Shown in pieces: positions 12,300 to 24,000 of a DNA stretch of 64,000 nucleotides. Source of the DNA: Podarcis vaucheri (Eukaryota); NCBI GenBank assembly GCA_965113315.1, contig OZ220369.1, one strand, 5' to 3'. Positions within the stretch are counted from its first letter, which is position 1. Every line of letters starts with the position of its first letter. A program made the translations under genes and the position numbers. Under the pieces are notes generated by a model, which was given only the letters and a program-made list of their open reading frames with translations, ran no database searches and was not told where the DNA came from.

Positions 12300-12502
12300 A
12301 CTAGTGATGATGACTATGTTCTACCTCCACAGTCAAAGGCAGAGATGCTTCTGGATATAGCTGCTGAAAACCACAGGGAGAGTGGAGATCAGCGGCTGAG
12401 CTCAGGTCCTGCTTGAAGACCTCTGGTTGGCCGCTGTGAGAATGGGATGCTAGAGTAGATAAGCCACTGGCCTGATCCAGCAGGCTCATCTTTTGTTCTT
12501 AT
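12300..12502 (+). mobile_element. Degenerate CR1-type LINE 3' end
   Basis: TTGGCCGCTGTGAG..GGATGCT..GCCTGATCCAGCAGGCT..TTGTTCTTAT terminus. Reverse-oriented relatives lie near 55440-55800 and 56390-56540. Confidence 0.5.
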
Positions 12503-13857
12503 CAGGTTTGTTATTTATTCAGCCTCATGCCCGGGAAAGCAGTGTCCCCAAGGATTTGGAAGAAGGGAGAAGATTCTGTCCATTCTCCTTCCTTGCGCTT
12601 TTTGCTTAGGAGCCCCCTCCAAGAACACCACCAGTAAATCCCAGCTCACTTTCAGCTGTTGGCTTAAAAGCCCTTAAGTGCTCGCTCTCTCACGCACACA
12701 CACACACGCCGTACATTAACCACATTTGCTCACATTAATCCCTTACTATTCATGCCTCTCATTTCTCTTGCCCCGGCTAAATTTAGATTTAGATGATAAG
12801 CTCCTCTCAGCAGGGTATCAGGAAGATGAATGGGTGGGTAATGGTGTAACCTAAGCTACATTCTTTTGTCCCATAGAACCAGCTGCCTCCAAGTTCTTCA
12901 ACTGGGGTTTCTTCCATCAGCAACAGGCAAAAAAGACTGAGGAAGAGCATAGCCACCCACTTGCCAATCATCTGGCATCATGGTGATGAACAGGGGTGCA
13001 GTCCTGTTCTCTGCAGTGTTTGGCAGGCCACGCCAGTTCCCCTAGCTCAGTCAAACCAAGCAAGATTGCCCACTGAAGTAACATCACCTGATTGACATGT
13101 AGGCATGATTTAGGAAAAAAGGCCTTGTGGGCTGAAATGAAACCTCAGGCAGTCTAAGAGGCTCCCCTGCCCTGCCCTGCCGTGACCAGGGGGACAGAAT
13201 AAGAGAGGCTGCAAAGGCAGACACATTCTTCTTGATAAAGCACCACACATACAGATTATGTATTATGACTCGTTTTTCTTGAAGACTGACCATGCAACTG
13301 TACTTATGGCAAATGAGTGCAGCCACACCTGAGTACTGCAGCTGCGTAATACCTATTCATTTCAATAGGGCTTTGCTCTGGAAGGCCACATAAGTCTCCA
13401 TTCATTTCAGTGGAGCCATGAGCCACGATGGCAAAAGCGACTTCTAGGTTCGGGAGTGGTGTGACACTGAATGCCAGAGGCTGGGGAGCAATAGCAGGAG
13501 ATGCCCTGCTTGAGGGCTTCCCAGGAGGCACCTCACTGGCCATTGTGGGAAAGAAGATACTGGAATTCATGGGCCTTTCATCAGATCCAACAGAACTTTC
13601 CTTTTCTTTTTTAAAATGAGGCTCCCAAAATTTCTCGATAAAGAAAGGCAAGTGAAATCTCTACTTACAGCATTCATTCATTTAGAAAATGTTTCTGCTA
13701 CCTTTCAGTTAAAATTCACAAGGCAGCATAAACAACAAACGACAGTAAATACACAAACCCCAACAGAAATACCCATAAAACAAAAGCAGCAGCTATTAAA
13801 ACAAAGCCATTAAATGCAGAAGAATGGATTAAAGCATCATCAAGGCAACTTATATTA

Positions 13858-14062
13858 CAGTGGAACCTCGGGTTGTGAATGTGATCCGTGCAGGAGGCAA
13901 GTTCGCAACCCGCAGTGCCGCACATGTGGATTGTGATTCGCGCTTCTGTAAATGTACGAGTGCCGAAACCCAGAAGTAATCCGTTCCGGTACTTCCAGGT
14001 TTGGCGCAGTGCGAAACCCGAAATTGCGTAACCTGAAGTGTCTGTAACCTGAGGTACCACTG
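13858..14062. mobile_element. Tc1/mariner-pogo MITE
   Basis: TA|CAGTGGAACCTCGGGTT ... AACCTGAGGTACCACTG|TA. Confidence 0.8.
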
Positions 14063-16152
14063 TACACGCTGAAATGCCCGAGTAAATAAAAAGGCCTGGC
14101 ACCAATATGGCAACCATGTTGGCACCAGGTGAGCCTGACTGAGGAGGGCACCACAAACCAAAATGCTCTTTCCCTAGTCACCATGTGGCTAAAACCAGAT
14201 GATGTGGTTAGATGTCCCAGAGGAGGGTCACAGGTGTTGACTGAAGATCATCACCTTTGAAGAACGCTCAGCGCAAATAAATTAAAAAGATTTTCCTCCC
14301 ACTGTTATCACCCTCCTGATAATCTTCCCTGTAACTTTGCAAGAATAAGAGCCAATGACAACACAGGAGGACTGCTGTGAAAGATCCTCAGGGAAAATTA
14401 CACACATACAAACCCCTTCCTGAGCATATGAGCCGACAATTAAATTTTCAAGCCCGACACCATCAATCCAGCTCAGCTCACATTAGCTTGCACTCTCCTC
14501 TCAGCATGCCAATTTCAGACTAAAAAGTCAGCTTCCTTGAGATATAAAAAGCACTCTGGTATTCTGGAGAAGATTACAGCGAGTGAGCGGAATTTGCCAG
14601 GTTTATCTTAGAAAACAACAGCTCTGTAATAAGTCAAATCAAAAGGTCTGTTTCCCTCCCCTACAGCAGAGGTTACAGCTGACTTGACTTGAAGGAAGCA
14701 GCTTCAGCAAAGTGGCTTTGAACAGGGAAAATGTCTCCAGATGGCTTTACTTAAAACACCATCTGAGCATTATCAGCAGGGAGATCATTCAGTTCACGTT
14801 TTGACAATATCCATGTGCTCTTCCTGCATGCCTGAAAATGAGATGCATGATGCCAACAGCATTTTCATTTGAATTCACCACAAGCATTGACTTGTTCCCC
14901 AAAGATGAATGGTTAGGTCTTTACTCGTTAAACCAACAAAGGGGGGAAAGGAGGAGAGACCAGGGCAGGGATGAAGGGAAAGACAGACCACACAAGGCAT
15001 GGGTCAGCAGCATCGGAGTGGCTGTCTGGCTATTGTTGAAAGCCCAAGGAACTCTCATCTTTATCTCTCTCTCTCTTGAAAAAAAGTGAGTTCCAAGTCC
15101 TCATGGCTCTTGGGGCAAATGACAAATCTTTTGCTACACCGTGCTTTAATATGATCATCACCGCCAAACAAGTGAGTTTTCTAGACCCACAGTTTTATAC
15201 AATACTTGCTTTGATTGGGAATTTCCAAGTATACTCCCAAGGACTACTTGCCCAGACAGACCATCTTTTTAAAAAATAAAAAAGTCTCAAACTTTTGGGG
15301 GGCTTACTCAGGCTGGATGGTTGGTTGCAGGAGGCTGATAGAGAAAAAGAATAGGCAAGATAAACGGCAGAAGTTCAGGAAGATGGCAGCAAGTGCAACC
15401 TTCACTTTTGCTAGGGACAGGTATAAATTTGGCTCCAGCTTCTTCTCCAAGTCAGGAGTTGTTCAAGTTTTAAAATCTCTTATGCAGGATCATTCCTCAT
15501 AGAAAAGGAACAAAACTCTGGCCCTGCAATTCCTTCATGTTAGCTTCTTTCCAAGTTTACTCCACAAGACTCAATAATACAGATCAGGCCCACACATCTA
15601 TCAATCGTGGGGCATGGGACACAATCAAATCCCAAATAAAAATACTGCAAATAAAGGAAGTGGACTTTTGGCATTGGCCAAGATATTGCCGTAGTTTTCC
15701 ATGTAACTCTCAACAACTATGTCAGACGTGAGTATTCCCAACACAGATGATCAAGATGCATGTACGTGTGTGGGAAAAAGGTTTGCAGGATCAGACACAT
15801 AAAGTTGGCAAATATCCATAAAACTGACCTATGCACATGTCAGATGCACAGCTAGCTTCTCTTAGTTTCCCTTCACACCTCAGTAGAATGCAGAAAAGCA
15901 AAGAGGAACAAGTGCTGTGGGCCTATCCAAATATAGCAATTTGTTTTTCAGCACCATGCAACCCAAGCAGTACATAGTCAAAACAATAAAACAAACAAAA
16001 AATCAAATAAAACCAAAGAACATAAGCAAGAACATGTGATGGGAAGAGAGAACAAAAATTAGAGGGCTAAATCCACTAAAATAAATGGATCGAGTTAATA
16101 GTGACCCAGATCTCACTCAGTAGCACCTTAGAGACCAACTAAGTTTGTTATT

Positions 16153-16192
16153 GGTATGAGCTTTCGCGTGCATGCACACTTCTTCAGATACC
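16153..16192 (-). ncRNA. Minimal type I hammerhead ribozyme motif (Penelope-type)
   Basis: GGUAU-CUGAAGA-AGUGUGCAUGCACGC-GAAA-GC-UC-AUACC: stem I GGUAU/AUACC, conserved CUGANGA and GAAA boxes, UH cleavage site. Confidence 0.75.
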
Positions 16193-16202
16193 TGGTACTT
16201 CA

Positions 16203-16242
16203 GGTATCTGAAGAAGTGTGCATGCACACGAAAATTCATACC
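16203..16242 (+). ncRNA. Minimal type I hammerhead ribozyme motif (Penelope-type)
   Basis: GGUAU-CUGAAGA-AGUGUGCAUGCACAC-GAAA-AU-UC-AUACC. Confidence 0.7.
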
Positions 16243-16746
16243 AATAACAAACTTAGTTGGTCTCTAAGGTGCTACTGAATGGAATTTTTTTATTTTGTTT
16301 CAACTACGGCAGACCAACACGGCTGCCTACCTGTAACCAGATCTCACTGACTGCAATAGTAACCAAGTCATGACTAACTTGACCCATTCATTTCAGTGAA
16401 ACCCAAGTTCAATTCACTTTGCCTGCAATCCAAACCACACTTACCAGGGAGTAAGCTCAATTGAATTCAATAGGACATAATTGGATAGGATTGCACTGTT
16501 AGTCAGACTCCAATGCAAAATCTTTAAGTCACTGTCTAAACTACTGTAGATAACAAAAATTATTAGATATGGGCAAGGGGGGTGGGGAGAGGAAGATTTC
16601 ATCAGGAGACTAGCAATATCTGCAATGAAAACATTTTTTTAAAAAAAATAGATGGAAAGAGATTCAGAACATTCTCCTGGTTAACATTCTTGGCCTTTCT
16701 AGAGCTTGTTACAAAGTCTTCTCCGCAATGGAGTCTTGACAGCTTA

Positions 16747-16905
<159 letters not shown>

Positions 16906-17361
16906 TCACTCCCAGGTGCAAAGGCAACCAAAGCAGAAGTTTAGAGACACATAAAGATATTGAGATGTAAAGCACACATTTTGAGAGGGCGGGGGCAGGC
17001 ATAGCTCAGAAGTCGAGAATTTCCCCACCATCCCCCACCTGCAAAGGAATCCCCCCATAAAGAGGTTGCTCACCCTTTTAGGCCCATAGGCACAACTGGA
17101 TTTCTGAGCAAGAGCTATGGACACTGATGGTTACTCCCCTCCACCCACAAGACACCGGGGTGGGGGGAACCACATGCATGCATATTTCACTCTTCCAAGG
17201 TGGGGAAATCGGATCCAACAGAATTAGTCTGAGCCTTGAAAAGCACATAGAGCTGAAAGAGGAAGTGGGAACGAGTGCCATTCTTCCAACTTCCGCCTGC
17301 ATCTCCACTGACTTCTTAACTAAAAAGAAAATAGCCACCCTCACCTCCTGGTGACCAAGGT

Positions 17362-17363
<2 letters not shown>

Positions 17364-17395
<32 letters not shown>
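17364..17395. repeat. (GA)n microsatellite
   Basis: Read directly from the sequence. Confidence 0.9.
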
Positions 17396-17397
<2 letters not shown>

Positions 17398-17821
17398 ACG
17401 ACCTTAAGAGATTTTGTGGAAACCAGACGACAACCTCAAGGGTGCTATTGCACCATAGGGCACCACACTGGCAATTCCTTTTCTTCTGAAAGTACACATT
17501 TCTAGCCCTCATGTGGTGAGAAAGAGCATGAAGGAAATAGGGCACCAGGGTAGAGGGAGAGTTTTTGGAGTCAATAAGAACATCTGTCTCAATCCAAGGC
17601 GTCTGCTCTTGCCTGCCTGCCTCATGTCTCAGACAATGGTCCGAAAGCACAATGATTCTCCTAGATTGCTAAAACTAAGTAGGCCTCAACCTGATCACTG
17701 TCCATGTGGCAGACAGTGAGAAGCCCAATATAAGCTGGTCTGGGCTTTCCAAATAAATGGCAGAATGCTGCTATAATGAACAGACAGGGGGGAAAAGCAT
17801 CACTGGCAGTGAGGGATGCTA

Positions 17822-18016
<195 letters not shown>

Positions 18017-19379
18017 CTAAGCAGACGCACAAAGGAGCAGAAACAAGTTGCAAGGAAATGAAATTGTCTTCCCCATCAGTACAGCAAAATCAGAAGTCAA
18101 AAGGTGCTAGAATTGACGCTTAACAGCATCTCCCCACTTAAGGGGAAAGTGGCTTCTCAGACAATCAAGACTTCAGAAGACTACTCTCATAAGCAGGGAA
18201 CATTTGTACACACACCTGACATTACATTAGGGGCTTGTACCAAAAAAGCAGCAGCTTCTTAACCTTGCCTACACAGTTGGCACCTTCATTTAAGCTTCAT
18301 TTGGTCCAGGCACTCTCACCCTGGGAAATAACCTCCTTGTCATGCAAAGGAAGAATGTGAAAAACATTCCAAATTCAGATATTTCTGCATGAATGTTTTA
18401 AAAGCCAGCATCAAAATACCAAGTATCCATTTCACTTCAGACATTTTCTAGTTCTGTGCAGAGGTGCCTTGTTGCTATCACTGGCTTCAATTATCATCTT
18501 GGAGAGTTTTACACTTAAGATTCTTCACTGGACTACTCCCCACCTACAAAACCAAACCAAATCAAGAGTGTCTTGGGGCGTTCCTGAGATTTAACAAATT
18601 AAATCACACCTTTCTATTGCTCTAGAATATGTAAAAGGAAACATAAAGCACTGTAGTGAAGTTAAGTAGGGATGGGGAACCTCCTGCTGCCCTGTGCAAT
18701 CTCCCCAGATGGACAATAGAGTCTACACGTAGAAACTGCCCAGTGTACAAAAGTAACATTCATTTTTGTTGCTCAAGCCTTAATCAGGGATTCCCAAACT
18801 GTTGTCCACGGACAATGGTCTGCAACTTGCATTCAGGTAGTCTGTTGCATTTCTCTGGAATTGTGGTTGAAGAGAGCTAATGGCAAATCCATCACTTTAA
18901 ATATTCATGTAGATTTTTGATTGTATTTTTATTGCTTTCTCTATTTCTTCTATTGTATTTTATTGTATTTCAATTTAAATTTAGTAAAATGCAGCATATA
19001 AGAAATAAGAATCAAACAGCCTCTAACACAGCATGTTACAATTAGTATAACAGATAGAAAAATAATTAAGTAGTTCGCCAAGACACTCAGCCAATTTTCA
19101 AGTGATCCTTTGGGGGGGGGGGTGATTTTGAGAACCACTGACTTAGATAAAACTCCATGTGCAATACCACAAAACATCCAGCCAGTGGCAGCATTGTGTC
19201 AAGTAAGACTCCTAGAGCATGGGCTGAAGCACATGTACCTGGTATCCTGTCCTTTAAAAGCAGTTCAAACTGCTAAAAAAGAAAAGGAAAAAACGTTTGC
19301 TGCACAAGCTTGAGAAATAAATCAGCACTTCAAAGGTTTAAGCAAACATGAAGATAACTGCAGTCAAAGCAGAGCGCTT

Positions 19380-19550
19380 GGGAGGGACTGTAGCTCAGTG
19401 GCAGAACACCTGCTCTGCAGGCAGAAGGCTTCAATCCCTCTGTTTAAAAGGATCTCAACTAGCCCTGCTGGGGAAAACCTTTGCCTGATAGGCTGCAGAG
19501 CCAGTGTCAATGAAAATAGGCTGGGAGTGGATGGACCAATAATTGCATTA
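19380..19550 (+). mobile_element. Degenerate tRNA-derived SINE (Squam3-like)
   Basis: TAGCTCAGTGGCAGA A-box head and body similar to the other copies in the window. Confidence 0.6.
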
Positions 19551-19950
19551 AGTGGGAGGGACTATAGATCAGTGCAGTGGTGGCTTGTGCGGGGTGCAAG
19601 ACAGGGAGCCCAATGATAGGTGGAGCCAGAGGCAAGGACAGGTGGGGGCAGCTAGTTCTACTTTTGTGTCCCACCTCCTCCCTGCTGGAGGAGGGAAACA
19701 CCAGAGACTCCGGAGAAGGAAATTGACAGGCAGCCTTGTAAGTAAGAAGACAAGCAGATGAGGGCCGGCTGGAAGCAGACTGAGGCTGGTGACGCAGCGC
19801 CATTTTCACCCCATGGACCAACCACAGCTGAATCAATGGCTGAGAATGTGCTCTGTATGCTGAAAGTTCCCAAATTCAGGGTTGCCTCCAATCTTAGTCA
19901 AACTTGGGAGTTGAAATAAATGGGCATGGCCAACCGAATGCAACCCTGTA

Positions 19951-20191
19951 CAGTGGAACCTCAGTTTTCGAGCGTCTCGGAAGCTGAACGTTTCGGAAGC
20001 TAAACGCCGAAAACCCAGTAGTAATCGCTTCCATTTTTTAACGCAACTCAAAAGTCGAATGGCTTCCACTGCGTGGTTTTCTTTTTTCTCAATGGGTTTT
20101 GCTGACCGCCCATTGCTCCTCGGTTTTCAAACATTTTGGAAGTGGAACGGTCTTCCGGAACAGATTATGTTTGAAAACTGAGGTTCCACTA
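19951..20191. mobile_element. Tc1/mariner-pogo MITE
   Basis: TA|CAGTGGAACCTCAGTTTTC ... GAAAACTGAGGTTCCACT(A)|TA. Confidence 0.8.
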
Positions 20192-20904
20192 TATTCAGTT
20201 GCAAACATGAGTCCCCAGAATGCAACCCTCAGGCCCTTCCTGGAGCCTATGCACAGAGACTCATCTGCAGATCTCAAGGCATAGGCAGGTGTATAGGAGA
20301 CAAGTAGTTATTTGCAGATATTTGGTGCTCAAGCTGTTAAGCACTTTAAACTTAAAGCACCCTGAACACAATCTACAACCAAGGGCAGCTGGCAATACTT
20401 TAATAGTATGACCAGGCAATTGCCAGCTCATGGGTACTCTTGCCACCAAAGCCACTTGGGCCTCTAGTGACAACCATGATTCAAGGAGAGCCTTTAAACT
20501 ACTTAACAGTGCCTTCAGGGGGAGTGCAACCCTGTCCAGAATAGGCTATTGCACTACATTGGATCTTACAAGAGAGCCTAAAGCAAGTAGAGCCACTGGA
20601 CAATGGTTGAGCACCTGGCTTTGTATGCAGAAGGCCCTCAGAATCTCTGAGTACAGCTGGGGGAAGAGGACCCCATCTGAAATTCAGTGTAGACAGTACT
20701 GAGCTAGATAGGTACAACACTGGTCAAAAAGACTTTCATGTTGCTGCCACAACACACACAGACTCAAGACCCACAAAGGCCCATGACACAAAAATTGTGT
20801 GTGCTCATTTATATGTATAGATCCAAATTTAGGTTGCTGAAGAAACGAAGATGGCAGGTGCCTGGGACACCATGTTCTGCAACATGGCCAGGAGTTATGT
20901 AAAC

Positions 20905-21042
20905 CAGATATGAGGAACTTTTGGCCCTCCAGATGTTGCTGAACAAAAATTCCTATGAGTTCTATCAAGCATAGCCCACGGCCAGGAATCATGCGAGCTG
21001 TAATTCAGCAACATCTGGAGAACCAAAGGTTCTCTACACCAG
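20905..21042. mobile_element. Short palindromic hAT-type MITE
   Basis: ccctccagatgttgctgaa / ttcagcaacatctggag inverted arms with an 8-bp TSD atgtaaac/ctgtaaac. Confidence 0.65.
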
Positions 21043-24000
21043 CTGTAAACAAAGGAAAACATTAAAAGAAGTGGATGTGCAGGTGATTCAAGGCCCAGCA
21101 TGAAATACCTGGGACCCCACACCCACAAGTTATTCCCTAGCAGTATCCCTGGGTTGCAGTTTCAGTATTTGCGAATCTCTACTTACAATGGTTGTATGCA
21201 AACATCTGTGAACATGAATACAATAGATTTCAAAACACATGGGCCCTTGCTGGCAATTTTGGGGGAGATGAAAAAGGGAAAATGCTGTTACCCCTCTCCA
21301 AGCAAAACCCTTGTTTGATGTAAGGCCCAGTTCTGACTGCTTGCCCACCTGCCTCCTCTCAGTGTGCCCATCTCATTTCCTTACATCATTACCTGAAACA
21401 AAAGAGAAGCTGGCAGCTGAATCAAGACAGGAACAGCTGGAGTTCAGGGATCTGGAATATGATTGGAACTACAGCCTGGGGAGAAGGGGAAGGAGGGTGC
21501 CCTTTTCTTTCAAGCACGTATAACCCACACAATATTCATTTTGGCTGTGCTTTTATCAAATCAGAAGCCAATGTATTTGGCTTCCCTCTGAGCGCCTGCG
21601 GCAGAGCCGGCTGAATCTCTGTGTGCCCTGGACAATACCTACTGATGCTCATCTACCTGCAGGGCTTTATCCCACAGGCTCACTGCTTGCTCTCCTTCTG
21701 CTGGGGCTTTTTGTTCATTTGTAGCATCCCAGCCTCTGCATTTAGTGGGCCTGCAACTTGTGCTTCCGCTTTCCGTTTATCTCAGCTCATCCGTATCAAG
21801 ATGGAAAGATGGGTGACAGAATGTACTGTTGCGGAAAGACACGAACAAACTGCAACCCCCAAAATCTACCACCATCTGTCATTTGAAGACACACACTTTA
21901 GTCATGGTGAGCTGAACTAGGACATTTTAAGGGTACCAAATACAGGGAAATGGTTACCATAAACAGCTTCAATTTAAATGAGGAACACTGTCTTACTTAG
22001 CATCCTCTCTGCTTTCTGGAGATTACAGAAGGCATCACACTCACACACTTTCAAGCATCTTTTTGAAGCCATAAGGTCTAGGAAGGAACTTTTTCTTTTC
22101 AAAATGAAAGCCAGGATTTTCAGGAATCTGCATTCTGTATCCCTTAATAATATCCTGTGTCTTTTCCGCACTGCTGTTGAATCACAGCACTCACACTGCC
22201 TTAAACACTGCCTTGTCTCCCTTATTAACTTTTCTTCCTTACTGTGTATTATCAAGGGGGAAACACTGCTCTGACACCTTTAGAAAATGAATAATTTGAT
22301 GTGTTTTTTTAAAAAATGAACATTATTTAGAGGTCACTTTGGGGGACATATAGCCCATTATGGCTTCATCAGGGCTCCTCTTCTTGAAAAACCAACAGGG
22401 TAAGTGGAAGAGAGGGATCTATCAAAGTTATAGGAAGTGCTGGACTGAGTTTGCCTGGCTGTGACAACATGTGCAACAACAAAAAAACCAAGCAAAGTAG
22501 TTCCGTTTCCTCCAACATTTCATTCTGCAGGATGTTCGAACCCAGCCTCTCTGCAGAACAAGCACAGAGGGAAAGCATTTGACCTAACAATCTACCATTT
22601 ATAGCGGCTTCAAATTTATAGACCCCAAGCCTCCAAAAACAGAGGGGTCAGCGTTTGTTCCACTGTGCTGACTCGCTGCCTTTGGTGCTTTACATCATCC
22701 TCTGCGCCAACATGGCAGGAGGTTGTGCTTTTGCGTTTTATTTTATTTTTTTACACCCACAATTTGAAAGGCAGCACATGAAAACCTCCTTTGCTGTTTA
22801 CAACAGAAGCGCAAAATAACCAGTTACATTTAAATCCCCCGACAGATGATGCAACTGAAAAATGTGCTGACGCGCTAAATTTGCCACAATCTGCTCTCGG
22901 CTGATATCAGAGAAGCATTTCTCTTGCAAATCACAGCGCCCCTTTAAGGTATCATGTCCTGGTGATTGCTTCTTTTGTGTCCAATTAATTTAAAAGGCTT
23001 AACCATGGAAATCAGGCTGAGAATGTTCCTCTAGCACAGCAACAGTACCGCTCTCTCTCTCTGTTTGTAGAAACCAAATCTTGCTAAAAATACCGGCATC
23101 TTACACTATGTTATGTTTTACAATATTGCTACTCTCTCTTATACTATAAGAGAATTGTTAATGTTGTGGCTTACTGGGCCTGCTTATAGGATTCTGTCTT
23201 TTTTTCTTTCTTTCTTTTAGTATATTATAGTTTCCCCTGTTTCCCCCCCCCCCACTCAGGGATTGAAGAGCAGGCTGTAAATACTGCAAATAAATAAGTA
23301 AGAAGGTGATGGACTCCAATCTCACTGCAAGGCAACTCTCCCCCTACTTCCCCCCACCACAGAAATCAACCAAGATTTCCACTGGTTGCTGAAATGGGGG
23401 ATGATGGCTTCATTTCACCCCATTAATGCTGCTGTATGTAGAACCAGACTGCCATCTGTAGCTCTTTCTTACTCCAGCAAGTGGGCTTCCATGGGGCTAT
23501 GGAAGTCAGAGAAGATGGCCACCAGCTTCCACACACAAAAGGTGTGAGGAACCTTTGGTCCCACGATATTGCTAATCTGCAAATCCCATCACCCCCAGCA
23601 AGCACGGCCAATAGTCTGGGGTGATGGGAACTGTAGTTCAGCAACAATGGGAGAGTCAAAGGTTCCCCAGATTTGCTGCATTGTACAGCTCCCCAGAACA
23701 GGAACAAAGGAAGCTGCCTTAATACTTGCTTTGACTTCTGGACTACTTGGACTGGCTGGCTGGTGGTTCTCAGGGATCTTGGGCTGAGGGTGCTTCTGAT
23801 CGTCAGGTACTTGAGCCTTTGAACTGGAGATGCCATGAGTTGAAGTAGGACCTTTTACATGCAAAGGAAGGGGCAGAAACACTGAGATATGGACCTGGCC
23901 ACAACCAATGGGCCTTAGCTCCTGTTGGGAGACTGAATCACACTTCTTTTTTTAAAAAAAATGATGGCATCTGGAGCAAAGTCTTGATGACTTATCTTAA

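Larger units (their letters stand above)
16118..16336. mobile_element. Truncated Penelope-like element (inverted pLTR fragments)
   Basis: 77-bp inverted repeat (16118-16194 / 16201-16277) with hammerhead cores, flanked by the 12-bp direct repeat CCAGATCTCACT (16106-16117 and 16337-16348). Confidence 0.8.

Noticed and set aside
19380-19450. tRNA-like sequences here and at about 26880, 29270, 35300, 43610 and 49770
   Set aside because: They are degenerate SINE heads attached to SINE bodies, with no intact cloverleaf.
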